64,000 nucleotides of DNA, from the NCBI GenBank assembly GCA_039934415.1, contig JBDTME010000001.1:201417-265416 (forward strand). The letters are read 5' to 3'. The notes below the pieces were generated by a model. That model had not been told where the DNA came from and did not search any database. It worked only from the letters and a program-made list of their open reading frames with translations. The DNA comes from Patescibacteria group bacterium. Lineage in GTDB: Bacteria > Patescibacteriota > Microgenomatia > UBA1400 > PJMF01. The position numbers and the translations under genes were made by a program. How positions within the stretch are numbered: the first letter of the stretch is position 1; each line of letters starts with the position of its first letter. Positions 1 to 10,316 of the stretch are shown here, one piece after another.

Positions 1-1341
1 CTGAGCGTTACCGTACCAAAGAGGGAGATAGTTGTATTTTCCTTTTCCATACCAGTCATACAGGTACGACCAAGTAGTGTTTATTAAATAGGGATTTGTT
101 GCAGTTGAAATTGTGAACTGCCTTCCATTTGCTAATTGGTATGTTTTATCTATCAGCGCAAGTTCATCTGATAGTAAGGCTCCTCGCTCAACCCAGAACT
201 GCGTAGTTTTTTCTGATTTGGCATGCATGATGGCCTGAAGTTGTGACAAAATAATTATGATCAAAAAAATGGCAACACCTAAGAGGCCTAATTTGGTTCG
301 TGTGAAAGCCGAGAGCGCCACACCTGTTACTAGATAAATGCATGCTTCAATCCCAATGAAAATATGATAACTATCACGATCATGGAGTAATGTTAACCAA
401 AAAGGACTACTAAGCCATAACAAAACGAAGAGAATTTTTTTCTTGGAATTTTTTCTTATAAATATTGCCAGGATAGCAATAAAAGTGAGTACCGAAGCGT
501 AGTAATATTGAGGAAAGAAACTATTGTTTACTTTTCTTGATAGTGCCAGGAGCGTGGAGACAGAACAAGTGAAGACAGAGGCTTGTTTTTCAGAGGATGC
601 TTTGCTCAATGCCTCGAGTGTGAAAATACCAGCTCTTGCTAATTTGAACTGTGTTAACAAAATAGTTGATACACAGAACAAATACAGCGTGAAAAAAAGA
701 AAAAGTTTTTTCAGACTAAGGGTTTTGACTTGATGCCTTCTGTCTAGCCAAAAAACAAGCGCAATACTCACCATAGTCACACCCCACAAATAGATTGTAG
801 AAATGAGCGACTGGTTGGCTAAACCCAAAAACAACGCTGTCAAATAAAAATAAAAAGTACTTCGTTCTGAAACAAACCTCCACAATGAGTAGTAAAATAG
901 TATCAGCAGCGAATACGTTAGTATAGGATTTGATAACCAAGTATTCGTCACAATACCGTCAAATGAGACAGCGAGCATGACTGATGCGATAAAGGCAGCT
1001 ACTTTTGATGCTGAAAATTTCTTAACGAGTAAATAAAATACTACTAAGTTGAATGTGGTCAAAAAGGCAAGCGTCACATCTACATAAAAAGGATTTCCAT
1101 TAAATATCGTGTATATAGGACCGATAACATAATAGTAGAGTACTCCGTGATAGACAGTGTCATTTGTACCGCTAGCTGATGGTCCTTGAAGCTTCAAGTC
1201 ACCTTTTTCAAATATCTGTCTGGAAACAAACGCATCTCTCGATTGGTCGAAGAAAAAAAAGACATCGTTATGACCGATGAAATACAGTTTGAGCAAGAGT
1301 AAAACGAAGAAAAGTACGACTACAGATATTTTTTCTTTCAT
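1..1341 (-). CDS. GT-C fold membrane glycosyltransferase (ArnT/PMT-like), N-terminal part only; the gene continues past the window start
   Basis: Hand translation of the minus strand from ATG at 1341 gives an uninterrupted frame down to position 1 (MKEKISVVVLFFVLLLLKLYFIGHNDVFFFFDQSRDAFVSRQIFEKGDLKLQGPSASG...YDWYGKGKYNYLPLWYGNAQ). It is polytopic and shares a DQxRDA...GP...YYY N-terminal region with the 17246..18748 protein. It is missing from the ORF track, presumably because it runs off the window edge. Confidence 0.5.
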   Translation of the reverse strand, partial: MKEKISVVVLFFVLLLLKLYFIGHNDVFFFFDQSRDAFVSRQIFEKGDLKLQGPSASGTNDTVYHGVLYYYVIGPIYTIFNGNPFYVDVTLAFLTTFNLVVFYLLVKKFSASKVAAFIASVMLAVSFDGIVTNTWLSNPILTYSLLILFYYSLWRFVSERSTFYFYLTALFLGLANQSLISTIYLWGVTMVSIALVFWLDRRHQVKTLSLKKLFLFFTLYLFCVSTILLTQFKLARAGIFTLEALSKASSEKQASVFTCSVSTLLALSRKVNNSFFPQYYYASVLTFIAILAIFIRKNSKKKILFVLLWLSSPFWLTLLHDRDSYHIFIGIEACIYLVTGVALSAFTRTKLGLLGVAIFLIIIILSQLQAIMHAKSEKTTQFWVERGALLSDELALIDKTYQLANGRQFTISTATNPYLINTTWSYLYDWYGKGKYNYLPLWYGNAQ

Positions 1342-1356
1342 AACAGAAATTATAAC

Positions 1357-2982
1357 TTACTTTTGAGTTTGAATAATCACAAATCGTACTTCTCCACTTG
1401 GTGCAACTATGAGACTGTCTGCCAGTGACGGATCAATTTCTTCTGGACTAGCAACGATTAAGGCATTTTTTCTCATCAAGTCTCCCACAGTAATCTTGTC
1501 TGGAAATTCGTATTTAACGAGTGAACCTCCATGATATATGATCGGATTTGTTTTACGGAAAAACAAGGCATAGATATAGGGCTGACCATACGAAGAAGTA
1601 AACATAATTTTATCGACAGTTGGTTCTGCTTGCATTACCTTTTCGAAAGCCTGCTCATATCCATAAATAAAAGCTTCCACAGAGTCCTCTGCGTAAATAC
1701 TGAAATAATCATGCAAGAAGCTTAACGATAGTAAAACGTGAATTAAAATCCCCATTCCTAATAGTGATTTGAAAAATAATGCTTTCTCTTTTGATTGTTG
1801 AGAAATAAGGAGAAGTAAACCGGCTGCTTCCACAATCAAGAAACCTGGATAGCTTAAAAGTGCCCTGTTTGCATGTGGTATCTCAAAACCTATCGCTGCT
1901 GGGATGAATCCAACTAACAACCAGCCTAATCCAAAGAATGCTAGCCTACTTAATGCTTTAAATCTTAGTGAATCATCTTTGAACAGGAACCTTTTACTCA
2001 GTATCACTGCAACTACACCAATCACCAATAGGAACTCAGTCGAAAACAAAACTCCCCAGTGCCCGTCACCATGTCGAAGAGTTGTTGTAGCACCTTGTAC
2101 TAAAAAAGCAGGTGAAAAATGAGCAATATAATTTGTCACCACTGCTTGAATTTTCTGTAACACATTGAGAGTCTCACTTCCCAAGATAGAAGTTTGCGAA
2201 AGGCGTGTAGCGCCTTTTTTCCATATGGAGTCATAAACAACAGGTAGTAATAAGGTCGCACCAAAAACGACACCAATTAAATTTGTTTTTAGAGCACTAA
2301 AAATTTCCTTTTTAAAAAAAGCAAAAAGTAGTAACAGTAGAAAAGGAGTGAAAATCTTCGCGCTGTGATAGGTATACAAACTCAATACAAAAAAAAGTGC
2401 CGAACTACCAACAAAAATGAGCCGTTTCAAATCTCGAGCTTTTAGGCTCAAGAAAAAGAAGTTGACACCCCAAACGACTAAACACAAAGCAATTCCAGAT
2501 TCAAAACTTGCTCTACTAAAAAAAAGGTGCCAAGGTGATACAGCAAAAACAGCTGTAATCAAAACTACAACAGACCTAGCAGAACTTTTATCAAACCCTA
2601 TTTTGCGTTGGTCCAAGACAAAGATTTGCAGAAGCTGGTCCGTTAAAAAACTGATACCAACCACACAAAGTATCGCAAACACGGCAAAAGGAAATCGAAC
2701 TGCCCAAAGATTTAATCCAAACAGTAAAGTTGACAAACCATTTACATAAATCGCGAATGGAGCTTTGTAATCTCCAAATGATTGAAAAGAGATTGGTAAG
2801 AAATGAAGCCACTCGTCTCTATGAATAGTCCAAACTGCAAACCCGTTGTAGCCAATTGCAGCTTCGTCCCAACTCATTCCAGCTGGAACCTGGTCCAACC
2901 GGTAAAGGCGAAGACAGCCAGCAATAATGAAAATGAACGAAAGGACAGCTAAGTAGATTTTCTTTCTTTCTAACAAAAACAT
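1357..2982 (-). CDS. GT-C glycosyltransferase, ArnT/PMT (GT39/GT83)-like, polyprenyl-phosphate-sugar dependent
   Basis: 541 aa with more than 10 predicted TM helices. The first extracytoplasmic loop carries the family signature ...RLDQVPAGMSWDEAAIGYNGFAVW... (DE motif). A TAGAAT hexamer sits 8 nt upstream of the ATG at 2982. Confidence 0.7.
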   Translation of the reverse strand: MFLLERKKIYLAVLSFIFIIAGCLRLYRLDQVPAGMSWDEAAIGYNGFAVWTIHRDEWLHFLPISFQSFGDYKAPFAIYVNGLSTLLFGLNLWAVRFPFAVFAILCVVGISFLTDQLLQIFVLDQRKIGFDKSSARSVVVLITAVFAVSPWHLFFSRASFESGIALCLVVWGVNFFFLSLKARDLKRLIFVGSSALFFVLSLYTYHSAKIFTPFLLLLLFAFFKKEIFSALKTNLIGVVFGATLLLPVVYDSIWKKGATRLSQTSILGSETLNVLQKIQAVVTNYIAHFSPAFLVQGATTTLRHGDGHWGVLFSTEFLLVIGVVAVILSKRFLFKDDSLRFKALSRLAFFGLGWLLVGFIPAAIGFEIPHANRALLSYPGFLIVEAAGLLLLISQQSKEKALFFKSLLGMGILIHVLLSLSFLHDYFSIYAEDSVEAFIYGYEQAFEKVMQAEPTVDKIMFTSSYGQPYIYALFFRKTNPIIYHGGSLVKYEFPDKITVGDLMRKNALIVASPEEIDPSLADSLIVAPSGEVRFVIIQTQK

Positions 2983-3066
2983 ATGATTTTATTCTATCAA
3001 AATATAAACAGTTTAGTATCAAGCAAAGGTAGTGCTTTTAATTGTTTCAAGCTATAATTCTTGAAG

Positions 3067-4884
3067 ATGTCTCATCTTTCAACATTCATTTCAAAAAACA
3101 ACAAGGTTATAGCAGTTTTTTCTGTTTTAATCTCAATATTTTTAGTTGCAACAAGGTTTTGGCAATTATCTGCTTTTCCAGCCGCATTAACCCATGATGA
3201 AGTAGTCTACGCAGTTCAAGCACAATCATTCTCAATACAAGGAACAACACTCAATCAACAATTTCACTGGTGGAGTTTGCAACCAGTTCACTCTGACTAT
3301 GCTGAGTTTCCCGCATTATTGATGGCTCCTTTTTTTAAACTGATATCAAATCCATTGCTTGCAACAAGAGCAATTTCAGTCTTCATGGGAGTTACTTTTC
3401 CTTTTATTTTGTCAGCATTTAGTTATGGCTTGTGGAAAAATAAGAAGTTAAGTTTTTTTGTGTTCTTGGTAAGTTGTTTCAATCCCCTACTTTGGCAAAT
3501 GAGTCGATTAACATACGACGCTGTTATGTCGACGTACTTTTATTCTATTGGGGGTACTATCGTTCTGCTTTGGAAAGGAAAAAAGTCCCTTTATTCCCTT
3601 CTTTTTTTCACTCTAGGATTCTTTTGTTACCAAGGATATAAATTAGTTTTCATACCTTGGGTATTATTATTGGGAGCACTTCAATTCACATCGATCAAAC
3701 AAGTTATCTCGCAAAGATATTATCTATTCATCCTAGGTTTTTGTACTGCTTTGTTTTTAGGGTATATTCTTCTAATTCTCCCGAATCAAAAAATTGACAA
3801 CAGATGGAATAACACAATTTTTGCCAATAAAGATTTTCAAGCTAAAAACTCGAATGAAGATCGACGAATGGCGATTGTTTCACCATTGGCACCCGTGTTC
3901 AGTAATAAAGTCGTAGTTATTTTTAAGTTCTTAGGAGAACGGTTTATAAATGCTTATGCTCCAACTCGTTTATTTATTAACGGCGAACCCGCGCAAAGCA
4001 CTTTTTCAGCATGGGGGTATGGTTGGTTTCATTATTTTGAGATTGTACTGCTCCTTATTGGATTATTCTTCACCCTTACAGTTAAAAAAATCAGAATATC
4101 TGTGATATTACTGTTGTCGTTCATGGTCATCGCCACGATCCCAGCTACCATTAATTCTGGTGAGCCTTGGTTTCTACTCCGCATGTTTCTGCCATGTACA
4201 CTACTTATTTTGTTCATAGCTTGGGGAAATTATTTTCTGTTCACCCGCTTTGTTTGGGGGAAGTATCTTATCATCTGCCTGTATTCGATCGGTGCTGTTA
4301 GCTTTTCTTACCACTACTATTATAGATATCCAATTTTGGGATTAAACGTGAGTTACTTTTCAGAGAGAGTCATGTCTGAGTATGTTGCCCGATCGCTGCA
4401 AGCAAACCCAGGCAAAAAGATTATCGTCTATACCATCGACCCACCTGTTATGTTTTGGACCTACCTGTTATATTCTCATGGCATCACCAGATCAACAGTT
4501 GATAGCATTGCTCAAATTGAGAATACTCAAAGTTATGTACTTGGCGATGTAACTTTTAGTTCCAATTGCGTTGATCTTGCCGACGAAGATACAATTATTT
4601 TATCTGAAGCCAATCGATCAGCCGTGCCTTGCGATCACGATCAGACCCACTTTCCTCAAAGTTCAAAAGACGATTTTCAGAAGTTAGTTTCAGATAAGCA
4701 AAAATCTGCAATTACAATTCCGTCTGTGATTGATAATGGTGCCTATTGGAGAATTTATAACAACCTACTCTGTGACCAGAAAACCATGCAAGGTTATATC
4801 ACAGTCAACACATTTGCTAATCTTGATCCAACAGCTAAAAATGATCAGGATTTTTGTCAGACATATATCTCCACTGTGCATTAA
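3067..4884 (+). CDS. GT-C-like polytopic membrane glycosyltransferase with a C-terminal soluble domain
   Basis: N-terminal TM helix followed by an ALTHDEVVYAVQAQSF loop (HDE motif as in ArnT/PMT), then many TM helices and a roughly 170 aa C-terminal soluble region. The ORF track starts at TTG 3061. ATG 3067 is preferred because TATAAT (3053-3058) lies 8 nt upstream. Confidence 0.55.
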   Translation: MSHLSTFISKNNKVIAVFSVLISIFLVATRFWQLSAFPAALTHDEVVYAVQAQSFSIQGTTLNQQFHWWSLQPVHSDYAEFPALLMAPFFKLISNPLLATRAISVFMGVTFPFILSAFSYGLWKNKKLSFFVFLVSCFNPLLWQMSRLTYDAVMSTYFYSIGGTIVLLWKGKKSLYSLLFFTLGFFCYQGYKLVFIPWVLLLGALQFTSIKQVISQRYYLFILGFCTALFLGYILLILPNQKIDNRWNNTIFANKDFQAKNSNEDRRMAIVSPLAPVFSNKVVVIFKFLGERFINAYAPTRLFINGEPAQSTFSAWGYGWFHYFEIVLLLIGLFFTLTVKKIRISVILLLSFMVIATIPATINSGEPWFLLRMFLPCTLLILFIAWGNYFLFTRFVWGKYLIICLYSIGAVSFSYHYYYRYPILGLNVSYFSERVMSEYVARSLQANPGKKIIVYTIDPPVMFWTYLLYSHGITRSTVDSIAQIENTQSYVLGDVTFSSNCVDLADEDTIILSEANRSAVPCDHDQTHFPQSSKDDFQKLVSDKQKSAITIPSVIDNGAYWRIYNNLLCDQKTMQGYITVNTFANLDPTAKNDQDFCQTYISTVH

Positions 4885-4898
4885 GTATTTAATTACAC

Positions 4899-6965
4899 TC
4901 AACGTGGGTTTTCATTGCGGAATGAACGCAAAAATCCTTTAAAAAATGTACCCTTTGATCTAGCATTGGTCACAATTAAGTGATAGGGAAGCCAAAATAA
5001 AAACTGAATCTTCTGAAAAAAAGTAGTATGTCTCATCGTAAAAATAATGGCGTTTCGAAACGACATGATCTCGATCTGTTGTTGCCCAAATGCTGTTTGG
5101 TTTGTAGACTCATGACGGTGTTCTACAATCGCGTTTTCATCAAATAATACTTCCCAACCTTCTTCTCTCGCTCTAACTGATAAATCGATATCTTCCCAAT
5201 AAGCAGGATAAAAACGTGGGTTAAAACCACTTAGCTCTAACCACTTGGCCTTATTAAACAAGCCGCTTCCGCCACTTACCCAAGCAGTTTTACCTGAATG
5301 AAAATCTGTAGCTTTTGAATGAACAAATAGTCCTCTCTCAAACCACAATGCATTCTTCCCAGACTTCTTAGTAGCGCCTTGAGTCTCTTCTATTTCTAGG
5401 CAACCTACTCCAAAGATTTCGCGTGTCAGTTTTTCTTGGTCAGTGTATTGTGAAATTAAACTCTCAAGAACATCTGAACGAGGTCTTACGTCATTGTTTA
5501 TGACAAAGACAAGATCGTTGGCAGATAATCTCACACCTTTATTACAACTGGCACCAAATCGTTCATTGTTCTTGTTCTGAACGAGAGTAACATCGAGCTT
5601 TTTGTGTTTAGTTTCTAATATTGCTCGATAAAGATACTCACCAAAGTCAGCACGTTCTTCATCTCGCTTTAAATTAAACCTTTTCGTCAGCCAGTTAACA
5701 GTGTCATCACTACTTGCGTCGTCAATTATCAGCAATTCGTCACCGTCTCTTAAACATGAAATTACACTATCTAGGTTGTCCTCAAGTAATTTTTTGCCAT
5801 TAAATGATGGAATCACAGCTGACACTTTTCCAGAAATGTGAAGAGGGACAGCCTCTTCTGTACCAATCATTTCAGTCAATGTTGAGAAGAAAACACTAGG
5901 TGAAAACTTTGAGATGCTCTCTCTGGCATTCTGCCCCATAACAACTAAATCAAACTCATGTGTAATTCCAGCTAAAGTCCGCTCTTCTAACGCATCGACT
6001 TCATTCCAAAGAAATCCATTAACACCATGCTCAACTAATTCTTTTTGGCCACCTTTATTAATCACTATTGGCACAGCTTCGCTCGACATTGCTTCAATCG
6101 TTGATATACCAAAATGCTCAACAAATAATGGATTAATAAACTCGTCAACACCATAACCAGTTGCATGCCAATACATCTGGGCTATTGAGTAGTAATGTTT
6201 AACCTTTTCAGCCGAAGCGTCATGAATAATCTTAATTGGATAGCCTTCACTGAGATTTTCTATTTTCTTAGCATATACTTCATCTTCAACACCACCGATT
6301 AATACTAAACTCCAGCCTTTCATCTCTTCAGGATGCTCATCAACTAAATGAATAAAAGACTTCACTAAAACATCCTGTCTCTTTGTATGTAAATGGCTAA
6401 AAAAACGACCCACATTTAAAATAACTTTAGATTTCTTTTCAGCTGGTTGAAATACAAAAGGATCTACATAAGGGCTGTGAACAAAATCTACTTTAGTTTT
6501 CCAGATTCGCTCAATAACTTCTTTTGTAAAATGTGAGTTGGTGTTTTTAATCTGCCAATTTTTTAATTTTAACCGATTAAAAATACCTCGAACTGGTTGT
6601 GTGAATGGGAATTGTATGTGGAGAATATTTCGCTTTGCCAACGAAAAAAACAAACTACCATCTGTTAAGTAATACATCACGTCAAACTGCCTTGTCCAAA
6701 GTAGTTTTGTCGTAGGCATTGTACGCGAACGTAAAGGCGAACCAATAAATTGAACATTATGTAGATCGAGCTGAAAAAAATCTTGATATCTCTGGCGAAT
6801 CTGCTCTTCGTCACTTGAGGAAATTGACAGAGTACTCAATGCAATACTTACATCATGATTTCTTGACAAGAACTCAGCGACACTACAGAGATATCGCTCA
6901 CCACCGCCAAGATGATCTGGGATGTATGGAGAAAATAAGCAGATTCGTAACCGTTTGTTTGACAT
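4899..6965 (-). CDS. Bifunctional glycosyltransferase with an N-terminal GT4 (GT-B fold) domain and a C-terminal GT2 (GT-A fold) domain
   Basis: The N-terminal half has a GT4-like ...FGISTIEAMSSEAVPIVINKGGQKELVEHGVNGFLW... E-x7-E region. The C-terminal half has VSAVIPSFNGKKLLEDNLDSVISC...LLIIDDASSDDT (DXD) and ...YWEDIDLSVRAREEGWEV..., which are typical of GT2. Confidence 0.7.
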   Translation of the reverse strand: MSNKRLRICLFSPYIPDHLGGGERYLCSVAEFLSRNHDVSIALSTLSISSSDEEQIRQRYQDFFQLDLHNVQFIGSPLRSRTMPTTKLLWTRQFDVMYYLTDGSLFFSLAKRNILHIQFPFTQPVRGIFNRLKLKNWQIKNTNSHFTKEVIERIWKTKVDFVHSPYVDPFVFQPAEKKSKVILNVGRFFSHLHTKRQDVLVKSFIHLVDEHPEEMKGWSLVLIGGVEDEVYAKKIENLSEGYPIKIIHDASAEKVKHYYSIAQMYWHATGYGVDEFINPLFVEHFGISTIEAMSSEAVPIVINKGGQKELVEHGVNGFLWNEVDALEERTLAGITHEFDLVVMGQNARESISKFSPSVFFSTLTEMIGTEEAVPLHISGKVSAVIPSFNGKKLLEDNLDSVISCLRDGDELLIIDDASSDDTVNWLTKRFNLKRDEERADFGEYLYRAILETKHKKLDVTLVQNKNNERFGASCNKGVRLSANDLVFVINNDVRPRSDVLESLISQYTDQEKLTREIFGVGCLEIEETQGATKKSGKNALWFERGLFVHSKATDFHSGKTAWVSGGSGLFNKAKWLELSGFNPRFYPAYWEDIDLSVRAREEGWEVLFDENAIVEHRHESTNQTAFGQQQIEIMSFRNAIIFTMRHTTFFQKIQFLFWLPYHLIVTNARSKGTFFKGFLRSFRNENPR

Positions 6966-7795
6966 TATTTATGCTGTGACTCAAATTCAGACCATGCTTC
7001 GGTGATTCCTTGGTCTAACGATTGATAGGTTTGATCTAGAGATGGTTTGCGCTGTAGCTCCCACAATCGTTCAAATACAATAAATTTATTCATTGCTTGA
7101 ACTAAAGCTTCGATCCATCCTTCCACACCATCTTTCCTGCCGTCCCAAAGAACTGCTCTTCTGATAAATTCCATACATGTTTTTCTAACTAGTGTTCGTA
7201 CAGTAACATGGGGGTGATGAGCTTGAAACAAAAGCTCTGCTTCATAGCCGGTCCAGTCAATGGTTTTACGCAAGCCTTCAACCATGTTGCGATGTGTTAG
7301 ATGAATTAAAGGTGATTCTAATTTTTTCACGTTCCCTTTAAAGTCTGGAGATTCGTGAACCTTCCCACTCCATCCCTGCAAAGCTGACATTTTAAAAACA
7401 CGAACAAGGTGATCATTTTGCCAACCACCATGCTTCATCATCTTTCCGTAGTGGAAATTTTGCCGGTGAAGACTCAGAGCTGTTACAGAATTTTCAGTCA
7501 CAGCTAACTTAATCTCTTTCATTAATTCTGGAGTTACTCTTTCATCAGCATCTAGATAGAAGATCCAAGCGGCTCTTGCCTTTGTTCTGCCATAATTGCG
7601 ACGTTCTGCAAATGAATCTTTGTCGGTGCTATATACAATGGCACCTGATCGCTTCGCTAGCTGAATAGTTGAATCAGTCGATTCACTATCAATCACGACT
7701 ACTTCCTGACACCATTGCACAGTCTCAATGCAATTTACAATCATTTGTTCTTCGTTCTTGGTCAAAATTACGGCGGTAATTGGAAGTTTTTCCAT
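6965..7795 (-). CDS. GT2 family glycosyltransferase (WaaE/KdtX-like)
   Basis: ITAVILTKNEEQMIVNCIETVQWCQEVVVIDSESTDST...YLDADERV is a GT-A fold N-terminal signature with a DAD motif. Its stop overlaps the start of the downstream gene. Confidence 0.7.
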   Translation of the reverse strand: MEKLPITAVILTKNEEQMIVNCIETVQWCQEVVVIDSESTDSTIQLAKRSGAIVYSTDKDSFAERRNYGRTKARAAWIFYLDADERVTPELMKEIKLAVTENSVTALSLHRQNFHYGKMMKHGGWQNDHLVRVFKMSALQGWSGKVHESPDFKGNVKKLESPLIHLTHRNMVEGLRKTIDWTGYEAELLFQAHHPHVTVRTLVRKTCMEFIRRAVLWDGRKDGVEGWIEALVQAMNKFIVFERLWELQRKPSLDQTYQSLDQGITEAWSEFESQHK

Positions 7796-7810
7796 AAGTT
7801 CATTCTAACA

Positions 7811-8698
7811 TTAGCTTGAGGAAGGTAACCAGTACTCCTTTAAAACTGCTAACTTAGAACGAAAAGGCGCATACTTTAATGCAAATTTCAGACGATTTTT
7901 TCGTAGATACTCTCGCTGCAATGGAGAACCAGACCCACCACTGGAACCAGCGTTTTTGTGCCAAATCACAGCTTCTGGGCAAAAGTATAAAGTGTACCCG
8001 GCTTTACTAATCCGCACGCTCAAATCTGTATCTTCCCAATACAGGAAGTAGCTGTCATCAAACAAACCAACTTCTTTCAAAATTTCAGAAGGAATCAAGA
8101 CACAACAACCACTCGCAAAATCCATTGTTTGATACCCATAATATGGCATCTCAGAAGGAGTTCTATGTATTTCTTCCAAATTAAACTGACCTCGATCAAC
8201 CTCGTCTACACCTCGATGAAAACCATAGACATTTTTCCAATCAATACTGCCGCCAGCAAACCAGATCACTTTTCCTCTTTCTTGATTCCCGTACTCTTTT
8301 TTGTGGAATTCGTAGCCTTTTTCAAAATAAATTTTAGGGGACACAACTCCGACTTTCTTATGTGTGTGTGCATATCGGATCAGAATGTCTAGAAAATCTG
8401 GTGAGACGATAGTGTCACTGTTGAGTAATAGTATGAAGTCAGACTTGTGATGTTCAAATGCATGTGCAATACCGAGATTATTTCCTCCGGTAAAACCTAA
8501 ATTTTCTTCCGTCCTGAGTATTGTAATAGGTAAGTCTTTTTCATCATATGCAAAGACTTCGGTAGAGTGGTTATCAACAACTACAATTTGGAATTGACAG
8601 TACTTTTCGTTTAAAGCTTTTAGAGAGTCCAGACACTCTCTAGTAAATGTGTCGGAGTTATAATGAACAATAATAATTGAAACAGAAGGTTTTGTCAT
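7811..8698 (-). CDS. GT2 family glycosyltransferase (rhamnosyl/galactofuranosyl-transferase-like)
   Basis: VSIIIVHYNSDTFTRECLDSLKAL...VVVDNHSTE...LLNSDTIV...YWEDTDLSVRISKAGY, which is the canonical GT2 pattern. Confidence 0.7.
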   Translation of the reverse strand: MTKPSVSIIIVHYNSDTFTRECLDSLKALNEKYCQFQIVVVDNHSTEVFAYDEKDLPITILRTEENLGFTGGNNLGIAHAFEHHKSDFILLLNSDTIVSPDFLDILIRYAHTHKKVGVVSPKIYFEKGYEFHKKEYGNQERGKVIWFAGGSIDWKNVYGFHRGVDEVDRGQFNLEEIHRTPSEMPYYGYQTMDFASGCCVLIPSEILKEVGLFDDSYFLYWEDTDLSVRISKAGYTLYFCPEAVIWHKNAGSSGGSGSPLQREYLRKNRLKFALKYAPFRSKLAVLKEYWLPSSS

Positions 8699-9372
8699 GA
8701 CTGTACCCGATATTTAAGTATCGCAACGATGGCTGTTAGGCCGTCCTTCCACGTTATTTTTTTGCCTGCTCTAAAATCGCGGCCAAAGTATGAAATTGGA
8801 ACTTCATATATTCTCACACCTTTTTTTAGTAACTGACAAGTTATTTCAACTTCTATGTCAAATCCATCTGAACTAAGATCTAGCTCTTTCATCAGCTGGG
8901 TAGGAATTAACTTGTAACACGTTTCAAGATCAGATAATGTTGTATCAAATAAAATGTTGACAAAAAAATTGAGTAATTTGTTTCCTAACATGTGCCAATA
9001 TAGTAAGTTCGATCGAGAACCTAAAAAACGCGATCCGTACACAACTAAAACGTTAGGTCTTTTTCGAATCGGATCAATCAACACCTTAATATCTTCTGGG
9101 TGATACTCTAGATCAGCATCTTGTATCAGCACATATTTCTGTGTTACTTTTTTTAAGCCTAGCCGAATCGCACTCCCTTTGCCACCGTTTTCTTTTTTTA
9201 CTAAAACGATTTTTTTGCTTTTTATTTTTTGGACTTCTTTCACACTCTTATCTGTTGAGCCATCATCTACCACAATAATTTGTTTAACAGCTGCTACCAG
9301 TAATAACTCTTTCAGCACAATACCTATCGTCTTCTCTTCATTAAAAATCGGTATGATGACTGAGAGATTCAT
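8695..9372 (-). CDS. GT2 polyprenyl-phosphate hexose synthase (DPM1/GtrB/ArnC-like)
   Basis: 225 aa soluble GT-A protein: LSVIIPIFNEEKTIGIVLKEL...IIVVDDGSTDKS...KENGGKGSAIRLGLK...LIQDADLEYHPEDI. Overlaps the upstream gene by 4 nt. Confidence 0.65.
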   Translation of the reverse strand: MNLSVIIPIFNEEKTIGIVLKELLLVAAVKQIIVVDDGSTDKSVKEVQKIKSKKIVLVKKENGGKGSAIRLGLKKVTQKYVLIQDADLEYHPEDIKVLIDPIRKRPNVLVVYGSRFLGSRSNLLYWHMLGNKLLNFFVNILFDTTLSDLETCYKLIPTQLMKELDLSSDGFDIEVEITCQLLKKGVRIYEVPISYFGRDFRAGKKITWKDGLTAIVAILKYRVQS

Positions 9373-9382
9373 ATAGTTGTCA

Positions 9383-10306
9383 TCATTTGCTTAATTTTCT
9401 TCGAATGATCCAACCTATTTTAGCAAACCCTCTACTGTTTTTAATGTGCCAATCTGCGACCCAGTACGAAAGTATGTTTTTAAAACTATTGATTGCTAAA
9501 ACAGTGTCAATTTCAGTCTCTTTTTTCTCAAGAAATCTGTTAGTCTCCCATTGCTTCATTTTTACAATGAATTGATACATTCCTTGTAAAAAAGATAAAC
9601 TCAAACCCAAACTACCATCTTTTGTACCGTCCCAGGCAAACAAACGCTGGCAAAATTCACTCGCAAAAGCATTCATAAGTTCCGTGGAAGAAAGTGTTTT
9701 TTTTTGTTTTGACTCATTTGCAGCTATAGTCGTATACCGGTTCATTCGCTCAACAAACTGTTCAACACTCTTATAATTGTAATGAATTAAACATTTTTCT
9801 GGATCAGCTGGTAAGTGCACTACCTTTCCGCTCGCAATAGGTTGGGAGTGTATCTCTTCAGCCCATTTCACTGCACCTTTTTGAAAAAACCTTAATTGAT
9901 AGTCTGGCCACCAACCAGTGTGGCGAACTTCCTGACCAAACATAATATTTTTGCGTGGAATGTAATATGCTGAAACATCTGTATCAGATTTTGAGCTCGA
10001 TAAGAAACTTTGCATCCAAATTTTAAGACCTTCACTCAATTCTTCATCTGCATCTAGAATAAAAACCCAATCTTGAGTTGCCTTTTCAATTCCAAAGTTA
10101 CGTACTGTCTCAACATATCCTGAATTCTTAACGCTAAAGATATGGTCGGTGTACTTCTCCGCAATTTTTTTTGATTGGTCATTACTCTGCATATCTACAA
10201 CGATTATCTCTTGAGCAAAACTAACCGAATCGAGGCAGCGATTCAGTGTAGATTCAGAATTCTTGGTATGAACAATTACACTCACCGGATAAAGATCTGA
10301 CGACAT
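9383..10306 (-). CDS. GT2 family glycosyltransferase (WaaE/KdtX-like)
   Basis: VSVIVHTKNSESTLNRCLDSVSFAQEIIVVDMQSNDQS...FILDADEEL. It is a paralogue of 6965..7795. Confidence 0.65.
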   Translation of the reverse strand: MSSDLYPVSVIVHTKNSESTLNRCLDSVSFAQEIIVVDMQSNDQSKKIAEKYTDHIFSVKNSGYVETVRNFGIEKATQDWVFILDADEELSEGLKIWMQSFLSSSKSDTDVSAYYIPRKNIMFGQEVRHTGWWPDYQLRFFQKGAVKWAEEIHSQPIASGKVVHLPADPEKCLIHYNYKSVEQFVERMNRYTTIAANESKQKKTLSSTELMNAFASEFCQRLFAWDGTKDGSLGLSLSFLQGMYQFIVKMKQWETNRFLEKKETEIDTVLAINSFKNILSYWVADWHIKNSRGFAKIGWIIRRKLSK

Positions 10307-10316
10307 ATATACTTTC

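Noticed and set aside
716-940. 74-aa minus-strand ORF from the track, and the 69-aa + ORF at 524..733
   Set aside because: Both lie inside, and out of frame with, the long uninterrupted GT-C reading frame that runs from 1341 to the window edge. They are spurious overlapping ORFs.
2417-2749. 110-aa K-rich antisense ORF within the GT-C gene, and similar antisense or alternative-frame ORFs at 31914..32261, 38587..39111, 54214..54747, 54099..54476 and 60599..60940
   Set aside because: They are embedded in well-supported genes on the opposite strand or in a different frame, they have low-complexity composition, and they lack start-site signals. They are typical of AT-rich shadow ORFs.
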